Notes: generated by a model from the letters alone, not told the origin. 32,000 nucleotides of DNA from Phycisphaera mikurensis NBRC 102666 (GCF_000284115.1 NC_017080.1:3660001-3692000), one strand, 5' to 3'; positions 8,344 through 19,367 are shown, counted from the stretch's first letter. Translations and numbers: made by a program.

Positions 8344-9258
8344 ATGATCGAGCCGCTCCTCGTGCCGTTTCAGTACGACTACATGGTCAGGGCGATGCTC
8401 GTCAGCGGCGTCATCGGGCTCGTCTGCGGCCTGCTGTCCTGCTTCGTCACGCTCAAGGGCTGGTCGCTCATGGGCGACGCGCTCGCGCACGCGATCGTCC
8501 CGGGCGTGGCGATCACCTACTTCGCGGGGCTGCCGTTCGCGCTGGGCGCTTTCGTGAGCGGGCTGCTCGCGGCGATGGTGATGGCGCTCGTGAAGAGCCG
8601 CACGCCGATCCGCGAGGACGCGGTCATCGGCATCGTCTTCACGACCTTCTTCGCCGCCGGCGTGCTGCTGATCTCGGTCTTCCCCAGCAACATCAGCCTG
8701 AAGACGATCGTCTTCGGCAACATCCTGGGCATCGCCGACGGCGACGTCGTGCAGATGCTGCTCATCTCCGCCGTGACGCTCGCGGTGATCGGGCTGAAGT
8801 GGAAGGACCTGCTGCTGTTCTGCTTCGACCCGAACCAGGCGAGAGCGATCGGCTTGAACCCGGCAGTGCTGCACCTCACGCTGCTCACGCTGCTCGCGGG
8901 CACCGCGGTCGCGGCGCTGCAAGCGGTGGGCGCCTGCCTGGTCGTCGCGATGCTCGTGACACCCGGCGCGACCGCGTACCTGCTCACCGACCGGTTCCCG
9001 CGGATGATGCTGCTCGCGTGCCTCACGGGCACGCTCACCAGCGTGGTGGGGGCGTATGCCAGCTACTTCCTCAACGGCTCCACCGGCGGGTGCATCGTGT
9101 GCCTGCAGACGGCGGTCTTCCTGCTGGTTCTGTTTCTCGCCCCCAAGCACGGCGTCCGCGCCGGCCGCCGCCGCGGGCGCGACACGGCCGACGCGCTCCT
9201 CGCCTCCGGCGACGCCGCGCCCGTGCTGGCGACCACCTCGACCGCGGAGCGCGCTTGA
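8344..9258 (+). CDS. Metal ABC transporter permease 1
   Basis: 304 aa; FVTLKGWSLMGDALAHAIVPGVAITYFAGLPFALGAF, NPAVLHLTLLTLLAGTAVAALQAVGACLVVAMLVTPGATAYLLTDRF. Confidence 0.93.
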   Translation: MIEPLLVPFQYDYMVRAMLVSGVIGLVCGLLSCFVTLKGWSLMGDALAHAIVPGVAITYFAGLPFALGAFVSGLLAAMVMALVKSRTPIREDAVIGIVFTTFFAAGVLLISVFPSNISLKTIVFGNILGIADGDVVQMLLISAVTLAVIGLKWKDLLLFCFDPNQARAIGLNPAVLHLTLLTLLAGTAVAALQAVGACLVVAMLVTPGATAYLLTDRFPRMMLLACLTGTLTSVVGAYASYFLNGSTGGCIVCLQTAVFLLVLFLAPKHGVRAGRRRGRDTADALLASGDAAPVLATTSTAERA

Positions 9259-10118
9259 GCGTCGCGTACCTGCTCGAACCGTTCCAGTACGGCTTCATGA
9301 AGGAAGCCATGCTCATGGCCGCGCTCATCGGCGCGACCTGCGCCCTGCTCAGCTGCTACCTGGTGCTCAAGGGCTGGTCGCTGATGGGCGACGCGGTCAG
9401 CCACGCCGTGCTGCCGGGCATCGTGCTCGCGTACGTCGTCGGCCTCCCGCTGGGCGTCGGGGCCTTCTTCGCCGGCGTGCTGTGCGCCGGGAGCACCGGC
9501 TGGATCAAGAACCACAGCCGCGTCAAGGAAGACACCGTGATGGGCGTCGTCTTCACCGGGCTCTTCGCGCTGGGCCTGGTGATGTACTCCAAGATCCAGA
9601 GCGACATCCACCTGAACCACGTCCTCTTCGGCAGCCTGCTGGGCATCGAGACCGGCGACATGATCCAGGCCGTCGTCGCGTCGGGCCTGACGCTCGCCGC
9701 GGTCGCCATCTTCCGCAAAGACCTTCTGCTGTACCTCTTCGACGCGAATCAGGCCCGGGCCGTGGGCCTGAACCCGACCTTCCTGCACTACCTGTTGCTG
9801 TCGATCCTCTCGCTGACGATCGTCGCCTCGCTGCAGGCCGTGGGCATCATCCTCACCGTCGCGATGCTCATCGTGCCCGGTTGCATCGGCCAGCTGCTCG
9901 CCGACCGCTTCGGCCGGATGCTCGGGATCGCCTCGGCCGCCGCGGTTTTCTCCGCCGTCGCGGGGACGTACGCCAGCTACTTCCTCAACGGCGAGACGGG
10001 CGCCTGCATCGTGCTGGTGCAGGCGCTGATCCTCCTGCTCGCGGTCTTGTTCGCCCCCAAGCACGGCGTGCTCTCCCGCGCCCGCACCACACGCCGGGCG
10101 ACCGCGTCGGCGGCCTGA
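9255..10118 (+). CDS. Metal ABC transporter permease 2
   Basis: TTG start overlapping the previous stop (TTGA), LSVAYLLEPFQYGFMKEAMLMAALIGATCALLSCYLVLKGWSLMGDAVSHAVLPGIVLAYVVG...; paralogous to permease 1. Confidence 0.9.
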   Translation: MSVAYLLEPFQYGFMKEAMLMAALIGATCALLSCYLVLKGWSLMGDAVSHAVLPGIVLAYVVGLPLGVGAFFAGVLCAGSTGWIKNHSRVKEDTVMGVVFTGLFALGLVMYSKIQSDIHLNHVLFGSLLGIETGDMIQAVVASGLTLAAVAIFRKDLLLYLFDANQARAVGLNPTFLHYLLLSILSLTIVASLQAVGIILTVAMLIVPGCIGQLLADRFGRMLGIASAAAVFSAVAGTYASYFLNGETGACIVLVQALILLLAVLFAPKHGVLSRARTTRRATASAA

Positions 10119-10124
10119 CGCGCC

Positions 10125-10142
10125 GCCGGCCTCAGGGCCGGC
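10125..10142. terminator. Short hairpin between convergent genes (gccggcc tcag ggccggc), possible bidirectional terminator
   Basis: 7-bp stem and 4-nt loop spanning the stop codon of the minus-strand permease gene; no U-tract. Confidence 0.35.
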
Positions 10143-11241
10143 ACGGCTTGGCCTCCGACGGCATCCACCCCCGCAGCGCCCACCGCAGGAGCAGCGCCCC
10201 CAGCACGATCGCCGAGCCCGCGGACAGCCACAGGGGGAGCATGTCGTGCCCCGCGGCGGCCTGGGCGGCCACGGGGATCGACCACGCGCTCACCAACGCG
10301 TCGGCGAGCAGGCCGCAGGCGAGCGCCCCGCCGCAGGCGCCGGCCAGGTACGCGGCACAGGCCCGGCCACCGAGCTCCTGCCGCACGATGCCGATGGTGC
10401 CCAGGTTCGTCGCCGGACCGGCGAGCAGGAAGACCAACGCGGTGCCGGGGCTTACACCGGCGAGCAGGAGCGCCGCGGCGACGGGCGTGCTCGCCGTGGC
10501 GCACAGGTACATCGGCACGCCCAGCAGCATCACGCCGAGCATCGCCGGCAGGCCGCCGCCCCAGCCCGCGATCGTGCCGGGTGGGACCAGCGTCTGGACC
10601 AGGGCGGCGAGCAGGATGCCCAGCGTCAGCCAGAGAGCGATGTCGCCGAAGAGCTCGTCGGCGGCGTAGCGGAGCGCCTCCAGCGGCTTGGGCCGGGCCG
10701 GCGCGGCGGGCTCGGCGGCGACGCCCCCGCCCGACGCGCAGCACGACGCCGCGGCGGACGCGGGCGGCGAGGAACCGCTCGCCGCGGCCGCGGCCGCGGC
10801 CGCGGGCGCGGGGAGTGGCGGGCCCTCTCTCTGGTCCGTGGCCCCCGCCAGCAGCCCCGCAAGCACCGCCGAGGACACCGCCGCCACCGGCCGGGCCACG
10901 GTCATGAACGGCCCGAGCAGAGCCCACGACAACGCGATCGAATCCGCGCCGTTCTCGGGCGTCGACACCAGGAACGACACCGTCGCCCCCTTGCCCGCCC
11001 CGCCCCGACGCAGCGTGAGCGCCGCCGGCACCACGCTGCAAGAGCACAGCGGCAGCGGCGTGCCGATGACGGCCGCCGTGAAGACCGGCCCGACGCCCCC
11101 GCCTCCGAGCCACCGCTGGAGCAAGCCGGCGGGCAGGTAGACCTTGATGAGGCCGGAGACGGCCAAGCCCAGCAGCAGCCACGGCGCCGCCTCGAGCACC
11201 ACGTGCCCGAGGTTCGAGAGGAAGAGCTGGATCCACACCAT
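10132..11241 (-). CDS. SO_0444/YraQ-like permease (putative Cu/Zn or heavy-metal efflux)
   Basis: 369 aa membrane protein: GPVFTAAVIGTPLPLCSCSVVPAALTLRRGGAGKGATVSFLVSTPENGADSIALSWALLGPFMTVARPVAA; Ala-rich insert containing SCCASGG. Confidence 0.8.
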   Translation of the reverse strand: MVWIQLFLSNLGHVVLEAAPWLLLGLAVSGLIKVYLPAGLLQRWLGGGGVGPVFTAAVIGTPLPLCSCSVVPAALTLRRGGAGKGATVSFLVSTPENGADSIALSWALLGPFMTVARPVAAVSSAVLAGLLAGATDQREGPPLPAPAAAAAAAASGSSPPASAAASCCASGGGVAAEPAAPARPKPLEALRYAADELFGDIALWLTLGILLAALVQTLVPPGTIAGWGGGLPAMLGVMLLGVPMYLCATASTPVAAALLLAGVSPGTALVFLLAGPATNLGTIGIVRQELGGRACAAYLAGACGGALACGLLADALVSAWSIPVAAQAAAGHDMLPLWLSAGSAIVLGALLLRWALRGWMPSEAKPCRP

Positions 11242-11264
11242 GCGCCGCCAACACTAGAACCACC

Positions 11265-11323
11265 CGCGAAGGTGTCAGGTACATTCATCCGCGGCGGGGC
11301 TGAATGTTCCTGACACCTTCGCC
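11265..11323. repeat. REP-like palindrome: gcgaaggtgtcaggtacattca ... tgaatgttcctgacaccttcgc
   Basis: 22-nt arms with a single mismatch (21/22) and 13-nt loop tccgcggcggggc; in the gap between divergent genes. Confidence 0.7.
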
Positions 11324-11358
11324 GGATGCTGCGGCGACGAGGGCGTAGGTTGCCGGGG

Positions 11359-12129
11359 ATGCAGCCTCGCTTCCGGTCCACGTCCCGCTTCGATGCCGTC
11401 CTGTGCGACGTCGACGGCTGCCTCGTCGACGAGGCGGGCGGGCCGCTTCCGCTGGAGAAGCTCGGCCGCATCGCCGCTCACAACCGGCTCGCCCTCGACG
11501 CGGAAGACCGGCCGATCGTCACGCTCTGCACCGGCCGGCCCGAGCCTTTCGCCGAGTGCCTCGCCCGGGTGATCGGCAACCCGCTGCTGCCGATCGTCTG
11601 CGAGAACGGGGCGTGGCTGCACGACCCGACCGACAACGCGTACCTGCTCGATCCGGCCGTGACCGCCGAGGACCTCGCCGCGGTGGCGGCGCTGGAGGGC
11701 TGGGTCCGCCGGGAGCTGGGCTCCGCCGGCGTGAGCATCCAGCCGGGCAAGACCGCCTCGGTGTCGCTGTACCACCCCGATGCGGAACTCCTCGAGGCCT
11801 TCAAGCCGCGGCTGCGCGACGCCGCGGACGGCCACGGCTGGCCCTTCCGCGTCTCGGGGACCTGGAGCTACATCAACTGCGACCTCCGGAAGGTCAGCAA
11901 AGCGACCGGCATCGCCCGCTTGCTCGCACTCACCGGGATCGAGGCCGCCCGCTGCGCCGGGATCGGCGACACGGCGCACGACCTGCAGATCGCCGAGTCG
12001 GTCGCCTGGTTCGGCGTTCCCCACAACCGCGACCCGATCCTCGACGACGCGGCCGACCGGATCGCCGCCGCTCCGGGCGTCGACGGCGTCATCGAGCTCC
12101 TCGCCCACCTCGGGCCGCCGGTGCCCTGA
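11359..12129 (+). CDS. HAD-superfamily (Cof/IIB-like) hydrolase
   Basis: FDAVLCDVDGCLVDEAGGPLPLEKLGRIAAHNRLALDAEDRPIVTLCTGRPEPFAECLARV...PIVCENGAWL...CAGIGDTAHDLQIAESVAWFGVPHN. Start at 11359 preferred over 11326 because of the TAGGTT box 7 nt upstream. Confidence 0.8.
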   Translation: MQPRFRSTSRFDAVLCDVDGCLVDEAGGPLPLEKLGRIAAHNRLALDAEDRPIVTLCTGRPEPFAECLARVIGNPLLPIVCENGAWLHDPTDNAYLLDPAVTAEDLAAVAALEGWVRRELGSAGVSIQPGKTASVSLYHPDAELLEAFKPRLRDAADGHGWPFRVSGTWSYINCDLRKVSKATGIARLLALTGIEAARCAGIGDTAHDLQIAESVAWFGVPHNRDPILDDAADRIAAAPGVDGVIELLAHLGPPVP

Positions 12130-12140
12130 GGCCGCGCGTC

Positions 12141-12188
12141 CCCGCGGACCGCTCGCCCCAGGCCGCCTTCTTCGCGGCGGTCCGCGGG
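12141..12188. repeat. Dyad copy B: cccgcggaccgc - 24 nt - gcggtccgcggg
   Basis: 12-bp perfect arms 12141-12152 and 12177-12188, abutting TAGCGT at 12189. Confidence 0.85.
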
Positions 12189-12200
12189 TAGCGTCACCGC

Positions 12201-12575
12201 ATGTGGAACCTCCTCCCGATGCTGCTGCTCGCCGCGGCCCTCGCTGGCTGCGCCGCCCCCCCGCCGCCGCAGGCGGACATCGACGCCGCCGACTTCGGCG
12301 ACCCGCCGATCACGTTCCGATCCCAGATCCGCGAAGCGCTCGGGCAGACGCTGTACGACCCGCCCACCGCCCAGCTCCGCTACGAGCCGCCCTTCCGGGC
12401 CGTCGTCCGCAGCGGCGGCGGCTGGACCGCCGGCTGGGTCGTGCCCGTCGCCGTCAAGGCCCGCGGCCCCCGTGGCGCGTACTCGACCTTCCTGCCCCGC
12501 CGGTTCTTCTTCCCTTCCGGCGGCGGCTGCTTCGAGCTGCACGGCGGGCAGCAAGCGGTCCCGGCGAGCGACTGA
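12201..12575 (+). CDS. Small hypothetical lipoprotein
   Basis: MWNLLPMLLLAAALAGCAAPPPPQADID... lipobox-like LAGC; 124 aa, no recognised domain. Confidence 0.7.
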   Translation: MWNLLPMLLLAAALAGCAAPPPPQADIDAADFGDPPITFRSQIREALGQTLYDPPTAQLRYEPPFRAVVRSGGGWTAGWVVPVAVKARGPRGAYSTFLPRRFFFPSGGGCFELHGGQQAVPASD

Positions 12576-12594
12576 ACCGGCCCCCTCCGCCCGC

Positions 12595-13191
12595 TCAGGA
12601 CATCGCACGCCGAGCGCACGTCCGGCAGATCCGCTCGCCGTAGGCGACGCAGTCTTGGCGTACACCGTCGGTGATGGAGGCCTCGGCGTCTTTGCCCTCC
12701 TCCGGGTTCTGCTGGGCCATGACGCCCAGGAAGCCGCCCAGGAAGTTCTTCTCGTGTTCTTCGCCGGTGTAGCGGGCGGGCATCGTGCCGTTGCCCACCC
12801 AGACCATCATGTGCTGGCTGGCGTGCAGGCTCATGTACTGCAGCGTGGACACCTTGTCGCCGGAGGGGCTGGAGGAGTGGGTGAAGCCGCCGGCGATCTT
12901 GTCCTTGAAGGAGAGCTTGAACCACTCGCCGCCGAGGCCGTCGATGACGGCCTTGAGCTGCGCCGCGACGGTGCCCATGTAGGTGGGGCTACCGAGCACG
13001 ATGGCGTCGGCGGCACGCAGCTTCTCGACGATCCCGCCGGGGTCCCGCCAGCGGCCCTCGGCGATGTCCGATCCCTGCACCCGGTAGAGCTCCGCCGTGC
13101 CGCCGGCTTGGCGAACCCCCTCGGCGAGGGCTTCGGCCATGAGGTGGGTGTGGCCGCTGGCGGAGAAGTAGACGAGCTGGACGGTGGGCAT
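12595..13191 (-). CDS. WrbA-like flavodoxin / NAD(P)H:quinone oxidoreductase family protein
   Basis: MPTVQLVYFSASGHTHLMAEALAEGVRQAGGTAELYRV...AADAIVLGSPTYMGTVAAQLKAVIDG...KIAGGFTHSSSPSGDKVSTLQYM. Confidence 0.85.
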   Translation of the reverse strand: MPTVQLVYFSASGHTHLMAEALAEGVRQAGGTAELYRVQGSDIAEGRWRDPGGIVEKLRAADAIVLGSPTYMGTVAAQLKAVIDGLGGEWFKLSFKDKIAGGFTHSSSPSGDKVSTLQYMSLHASQHMMVWVGNGTMPARYTGEEHEKNFLGGFLGVMAQQNPEEGKDAEASITDGVRQDCVAYGERICRTCARRAMS

Positions 13192-13277
13192 GAGCGAGCT
13201 CTTCGGAGGGGGGACGCGTGCGTTCGAGCGTAGATCTCGCGAGGCGTGCTTGAGCCGCGTCGCTGCGCGGCCGGGCG

Positions 13278-15319
<2,042 letters not shown>

Positions 15320-15323
<4 letters not shown>

Positions 15324-15700
15324 GCCCGGGATCCGCCGGAGGAGAGGGTGAGCGGCGTGAGCCGGGTGCCGTCGGCGGCGCGGGGCTCGGCCTCGCTCCG
15401 CGTGCAGGGCTGCGCGTGCAGCCGCTCTGCCAGCCGCCGCGCCACGCCGACGCGGGAGCCGAGCACCTTCAAGATCAACGGATCGCCGATCTTGTCGACC
15501 TGCACCTTCCGGCCGACGCACAGGCCCAGCCGCTTGAGCGTGTCGGTGACGCCGGCCCGACCGGGCTCCAAGCCCGCGTCGTCGTCGACGGCGTCGATCA
15601 CGGCGACCTGCCCGCGGGCGAGGTCGACCACGCGGACCGAGCCGGGCGAGAGGCAGCCGGCTTGTGCGGGCGTGGGGGGCGAGGCGGGGGCATCGGGCAT
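15320..15700 (-). CDS. feoA: FeoA-like / FeoA-domain protein
   Basis: Start MPDAPASP; GRAGVTDTLKRLGLCVGRKVQVDKIGDPLILKVLGSRVGVARRLAERL; 4-nt overlap with feoB. Confidence 0.82.
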
Positions 15701-15876
15701 GGGGGACTCCGGGCGGCGCGGGCAACTGCGCCGGCGTGGGTCGCAGATTACCCGCGGCAAGCCAGCGGCGGCGGTCCCCGGCGGCGGAGGGGGTGCAACC
15801 GGCGCAGACCTCCCCACGCCCCGCCCGGGGGTGCTGCCCGCGCGGCCCGGCTCAACCCGCCCGGGGCCGTCGGCCG

Positions 15877-16140
15877 ATGACCCTTCCAGCGGCCGCCCGC
15901 CACGCGGCTCGCTGGAGCTTCACCATGATGACCGCCGTCCTCGCCATCCTCTGCGTCTACCTCGCCGCCTGCTACGCCTACGGCGGCTACCTCCTCGTCG
16001 GCGTGCTCCGCGGGTCGGCGGCGGGCGAAGCCCCCGCGGCCCACGACGACGCCGTGGCGGACGGCCCGCGGGCGGCCATCCTCCGGGCCGCGCGCGAAGG
16101 CGAGGCCCGCGAGGCGCCTCCGGCCCGCATGGCCGCCTGA
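15877..16140 (+). CDS. Small single-TM hypothetical protein
   Basis: MTLPAAARHAARWSFTMMTAVLAILCVYLAACYAYGGYLLVGVLRG...; 87 aa; ends 2 nt from the convergent gene. Confidence 0.45.
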   Translation: MTLPAAARHAARWSFTMMTAVLAILCVYLAACYAYGGYLLVGVLRGSAAGEAPAAHDDAVADGPRAAILRAAREGEAREAPPARMAA

Positions 16141-16141
16141 G

Positions 16142-16846
16142 TCAGCCGCCGCCCCGCGTCAGCGGCAGCAGCGCCTCGGCGATCGCGAGGTCGTCGGCGG
16201 TCTTGATGACGTGCCCGCTCACCGGGCCCACCGGAAGGAAGCCGACGTCGCCGGCCCAGGTGGCGCAGCGGCCGGCGTCGGCGGCGGCCAGGAAAGCCGC
16301 CCGACGCCAGCCGGTGATGCTCCAGGTGATCCGCTGCACGGGCCGCAGCTCCTGCGAGTTGGTCTTCTCGGCGAAGGTGAAGTTGACCGGCCGTCCGTCC
16401 AGAGCGCACTCGATCTGATCGGGGATGTAGCTGACGACGGCGTCGTGCGGCGAAGCGACCGCCGCCCGCACGAAGCCGGCGACCTCGCCGGCGGTGAGCA
16501 GCGGCGCGATCGAGTGCACCTGGAAGACCCACGCGCAGGGGTGGGCCCGCAGGAACTCCGCGACGAACTGCTCGCTGGTGGCGGCGTGGCCGCCGAGCTC
16601 GGCCGGCCGGCGGTGGAAGGCCGCGCCGTGCGCCTCGGCGAGCGGGCGGAAGGCGAGGTCCTCGGAGTTGAGCCAGACGCCGTCGAAGACGCCGGCGGCG
16701 TGGCACTTGTCGATGGCCCGCGCCGCCAGCGGCACCCCGCCGAGCTCGCGGAGGTTCTTGCGGGTCAGCCGCTGGCTGCCCATGCGCGCGGGGATCATCG
16801 CGAGCACGCGGCTCGAAGCGTCCGGATCGTCTTCTTGAGCGGGCAT
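16142..16846 (-). CDS. Acylneuraminate cytidylyltransferase-like nucleotidyltransferase
   Basis: VLAMIPARMGSQRLTRKNLRELGGVPLAARAIDKCHAAGVFDGVWLNSEDLAFRPLAEAHGAAFHRRPAELGG; TAGCGT box 7 nt upstream of ATG. Confidence 0.83.
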   Translation of the reverse strand: MPAQEDDPDASSRVLAMIPARMGSQRLTRKNLRELGGVPLAARAIDKCHAAGVFDGVWLNSEDLAFRPLAEAHGAAFHRRPAELGGHAATSEQFVAEFLRAHPCAWVFQVHSIAPLLTAGEVAGFVRAAVASPHDAVVSYIPDQIECALDGRPVNFTFAEKTNSQELRPVQRITWSITGWRRAAFLAAADAGRCATWAGDVGFLPVGPVSGHVIKTADDLAIAEALLPLTRGGG

Positions 16847-16874
16847 GGCGGCGACGCTACCGGCGCGGCCGGCG

Positions 16875-16920
16875 CCGCGGACCGCCGCCCGAGAACGCGG
16901 AATCTGCCGACGGTCCGCGG
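16875..16920. repeat. Dyad copy C: ccgcggaccg - 26 nt - cggtccgcgg
   Basis: 10-bp perfect arms 16875-16884 and 16911-16920, upstream of the minus-strand cytidylyltransferase gene. Confidence 0.8.
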
Positions 16921-16986
16921 GCTCTGCCCGGGTCCGCTCCGCCGCCGATCTCGCGCTCGGCAGCGGCAACCCTCCCGCTCCCCGGC

Positions 16987-17165
16987 GGTGGCTCATCCAT
17001 GCCCTGGGTGTGGTGGCCGAGGGGGCGGTTGAGCGGGCACCGGGAACCACGCCCGGTCGCGTCTTCCAGCCTTCTGGGTTGTGGTCGGCTTCTGCATCGA
17101 CGGAGTCGATGAGCCACCTGTGGGGGCCGGGTGGCTCGTCAACGCCGTGGGTGTGGCGGCCGAGG
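16987..17165. repeat. Cluster of three degenerate GGTGGCTCATC-type repeat units in a ~440-nt noncoding gap
   Basis: Units start at 16987 (+), 17118 (-) and 17130 (+). The two + units are 31/36 identical; the inverted unit shares the first 11 nt with the first. Confidence 0.55.
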
Positions 17166-17288
17166 CGAGCGGGTCGGAAGGCCGCGGGATCCGCGCCCGC
17201 TCGCGGATTCGGGCTGCCGGGGCTCGGTCGGCTGGCGGGTGCCGGGCCCGCGGCAAGGTGGGCCTCTCTTCGAAGGCGCGTGGTCGTG

Positions 17289-19367
17289 CTAGACGGCGGC
17301 CCGGGCCGGCCGCAGCACCGCCAGCAGCACCGTGCCGTAGACGGCAACACCCGCCACGACCAGCAGCACGAGCAGGGCGAGGAGGCCGGTGGCGTTGAGC
17401 GTTTCCGCCGACGAGGCGGCGTCGATGGCGGCCAGCGTGAGGCCCATCGCCAGCGTGCCGGTCGCGGTGCCGGCGGCGAAGCGTCGCGGGCTCGGCTCGC
17501 CCAAGGCCGGCCGCTCCGCCGACAGCGCCGCCAGCAGCCGTCGCCGCCGCAGGATCCACCCGAGCACCAGGGCCTGCCCGGTGGCCGAGGCGGCGGTCGC
17601 CCAGGCCATGCCCGCGGCGCCCAGCGGCCAGACCAGCGTCAGGTTCAGCGCGAGGTTCAGGACCACCGCGACCACCGCCACCCGCAGCGGCGTCCTCGCG
17701 TCGTCCTGGGCGTAGAAGGCACGGGTCCACAGGTGGATCAGCATGTAGGCCCAGACGGCCGAGGCGTAGCCGGTGAGGATCCGCGCGACGGCGGCGGCGT
17801 CCGCGGCGTCGAAGCTGCCCCGCTCGAAGACCGCCCGCGCCAGCGGCAGCCGCACCGCCAGCAGGCCGACGGTCGCGGGCAGACCGATGCCCAGCGAGAG
17901 CAGCAGGCCGCGTCGGAGCACGCGCGCGAAGGCGTCGCCGGGCCCGGCGGCGGCCGCCGCGAGCCGCGGGAAGATCACCGTTGCGATGGCGATGCCGAAG
18001 ACGCCCAGCGGGAATTGGTACAGCCGCTGAGCGAGGGTGAGCGTCGTCACGCCGCCGGTGCGGATGGGGTAGGCCGCCTCGAAGCCGAGCAGGCGGAAGA
18101 CCGCGTCGGGCGCGTCGGCGGGTGCGGACAGCGTGAAGGCGATCAGCCCGTCGAGCAGCGTGTTCACCTGGAACACGCCCAAGCCCAGGATCATCGGGAC
18201 CATGGCGCGGCGGGTGGCGGCCAGGGGCAACGACGCGGCCTCTCCCGCGGGCGGCGTCCCCGGCGCGGGCTGCGGGCGCACGGGACCGACGCCCCGCCGG
18301 ACCATCAGCAGCTGCAGCACCCCGAGCACGACCACCGAGACCGCGACCACGGCCACCCGCGTCCGGCCGTCCCCGGTCGCCAGCGCCGCGCCCGCCGCTG
18401 CGGCGATCATCCCCAGGTTCAGCAGCACCGGCGCGGAGGCGGCGGGGCCGAAGCGGTCGCGGGCGTGGCCGATCGCGCCCAAGAGCGCCGTCCCGCACAC
18501 CAGCGGGGCGTAGGGCAGCATCGTCGCGGTGAGGGTGAGGCCCAGGGTCGCCTTCTCGCCGCCGAGGCCCAGCGCCAGCGCCGCGAGCAGCCCCGCCTCG
18601 GCGATCAGCACGGCGCCGACGAGCCAGGCCGCGGCCTCGCGGATCACCGCGGAGGCGTAGCGGCCCGCGGCGTCGGGATCGGCGTCGAGCAGGCGGCGGT
18701 AGCGCGGGAGGAAGGCCGCGGTGAGAGCGCCCTCGCCGAAGAGCCTGCGGAACAGGTTGGGCACCATGAAGGCGACGAAGAAGGCATCCAGCAGGAGCCC
18801 CGCGCCGAAGAGCCCGGCCAGCACGGCATCGCGGGCGAGGCCGGTGACCCGCGAGAGCGTCGTCAGCGCCGAGACGAGCGAGGCGGAGCGGAACAGCCCC
18901 GGGGGTCGCGGCCGGGCGGGCGCCGGGGGAGACGCCGCGGAGGACCCGGCGGGGGCGGCGGGGGCGGCCCGCGGGCCGGCGGCCGGCAGCAGCGCGAGCG
19001 CTCGGGGGATCGCCCACGCCGCCCAGAAAGCGCCCAACACCGCGCCGGCGCCGTCCGCCGCGAGGTCGCCGAGCGTCATCTGCCGGCCCACCCACCGCTG
19101 CGTGAACTCGTCGACGAAACCCCAACCCACACCCGCCGCGGCGACGACGGCCGCCCGACGCCACCGCGACGGCCCGGCGGCGCGGCCGGGCCAAGCCGCC
19201 GCCACCGCGAGCGCCGCCAGCACGCCGAAGCCGACGAGGTGGACCATCTTGTCCAGCAGCGGCTCGCCCGCGGCCTCGGGGCCGGCGAACCTCAGCCGCG
19301 GCCAGTGCGAAGCGATCGTGAAGGCCGCCAGCGCCGGCAGGAAGGCGACGCGGGCGATGCCCCGCAC
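17289..19367 (-). CDS. murJ: VanZ-like domain fused to MurJ/MviN lipid II flippase
   Basis: Single open frame: ...HWPRLRFAGPEAAGEPLLDKMVHLVGFGVLAALAVAAAW...WGFVDEFTQRWVGRQMTLGDLAADGAGAVLGAFWA (VanZ), then FRSASLVSALTTLSRVTGLARDAVLAGLFGAGLLLDAFFVAFMVPNLFRRLFGEGALTAAFLPRY... (MurJ). GTG 19367 is the likely start; exact start uncertain. Confidence 0.85.
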   Translation of the reverse strand: MRGIARVAFLPALAAFTIASHWPRLRFAGPEAAGEPLLDKMVHLVGFGVLAALAVAAAWPGRAAGPSRWRRAAVVAAAGVGWGFVDEFTQRWVGRQMTLGDLAADGAGAVLGAFWAAWAIPRALALLPAAGPRAAPAAPAGSSAASPPAPARPRPPGLFRSASLVSALTTLSRVTGLARDAVLAGLFGAGLLLDAFFVAFMVPNLFRRLFGEGALTAAFLPRYRRLLDADPDAAGRYASAVIREAAAWLVGAVLIAEAGLLAALALGLGGEKATLGLTLTATMLPYAPLVCGTALLGAIGHARDRFGPAASAPVLLNLGMIAAAAGAALATGDGRTRVAVVAVSVVVLGVLQLLMVRRGVGPVRPQPAPGTPPAGEAASLPLAATRRAMVPMILGLGVFQVNTLLDGLIAFTLSAPADAPDAVFRLLGFEAAYPIRTGGVTTLTLAQRLYQFPLGVFGIAIATVIFPRLAAAAAGPGDAFARVLRRGLLLSLGIGLPATVGLLAVRLPLARAVFERGSFDAADAAAVARILTGYASAVWAYMLIHLWTRAFYAQDDARTPLRVAVVAVVLNLALNLTLVWPLGAAGMAWATAASATGQALVLGWILRRRRLLAALSAERPALGEPSPRRFAAGTATGTLAMGLTLAAIDAASSAETLNATGLLALLVLLVVAGVAVYGTVLLAVLRPARAAV

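Noticed and set aside
10785-10805. gccgcg-rich stretch as a regulatory Z-DNA/NotI cluster
   Set aside because: It is inside the permease coding sequence as a poly-Ala linker; no independent support for regulation.
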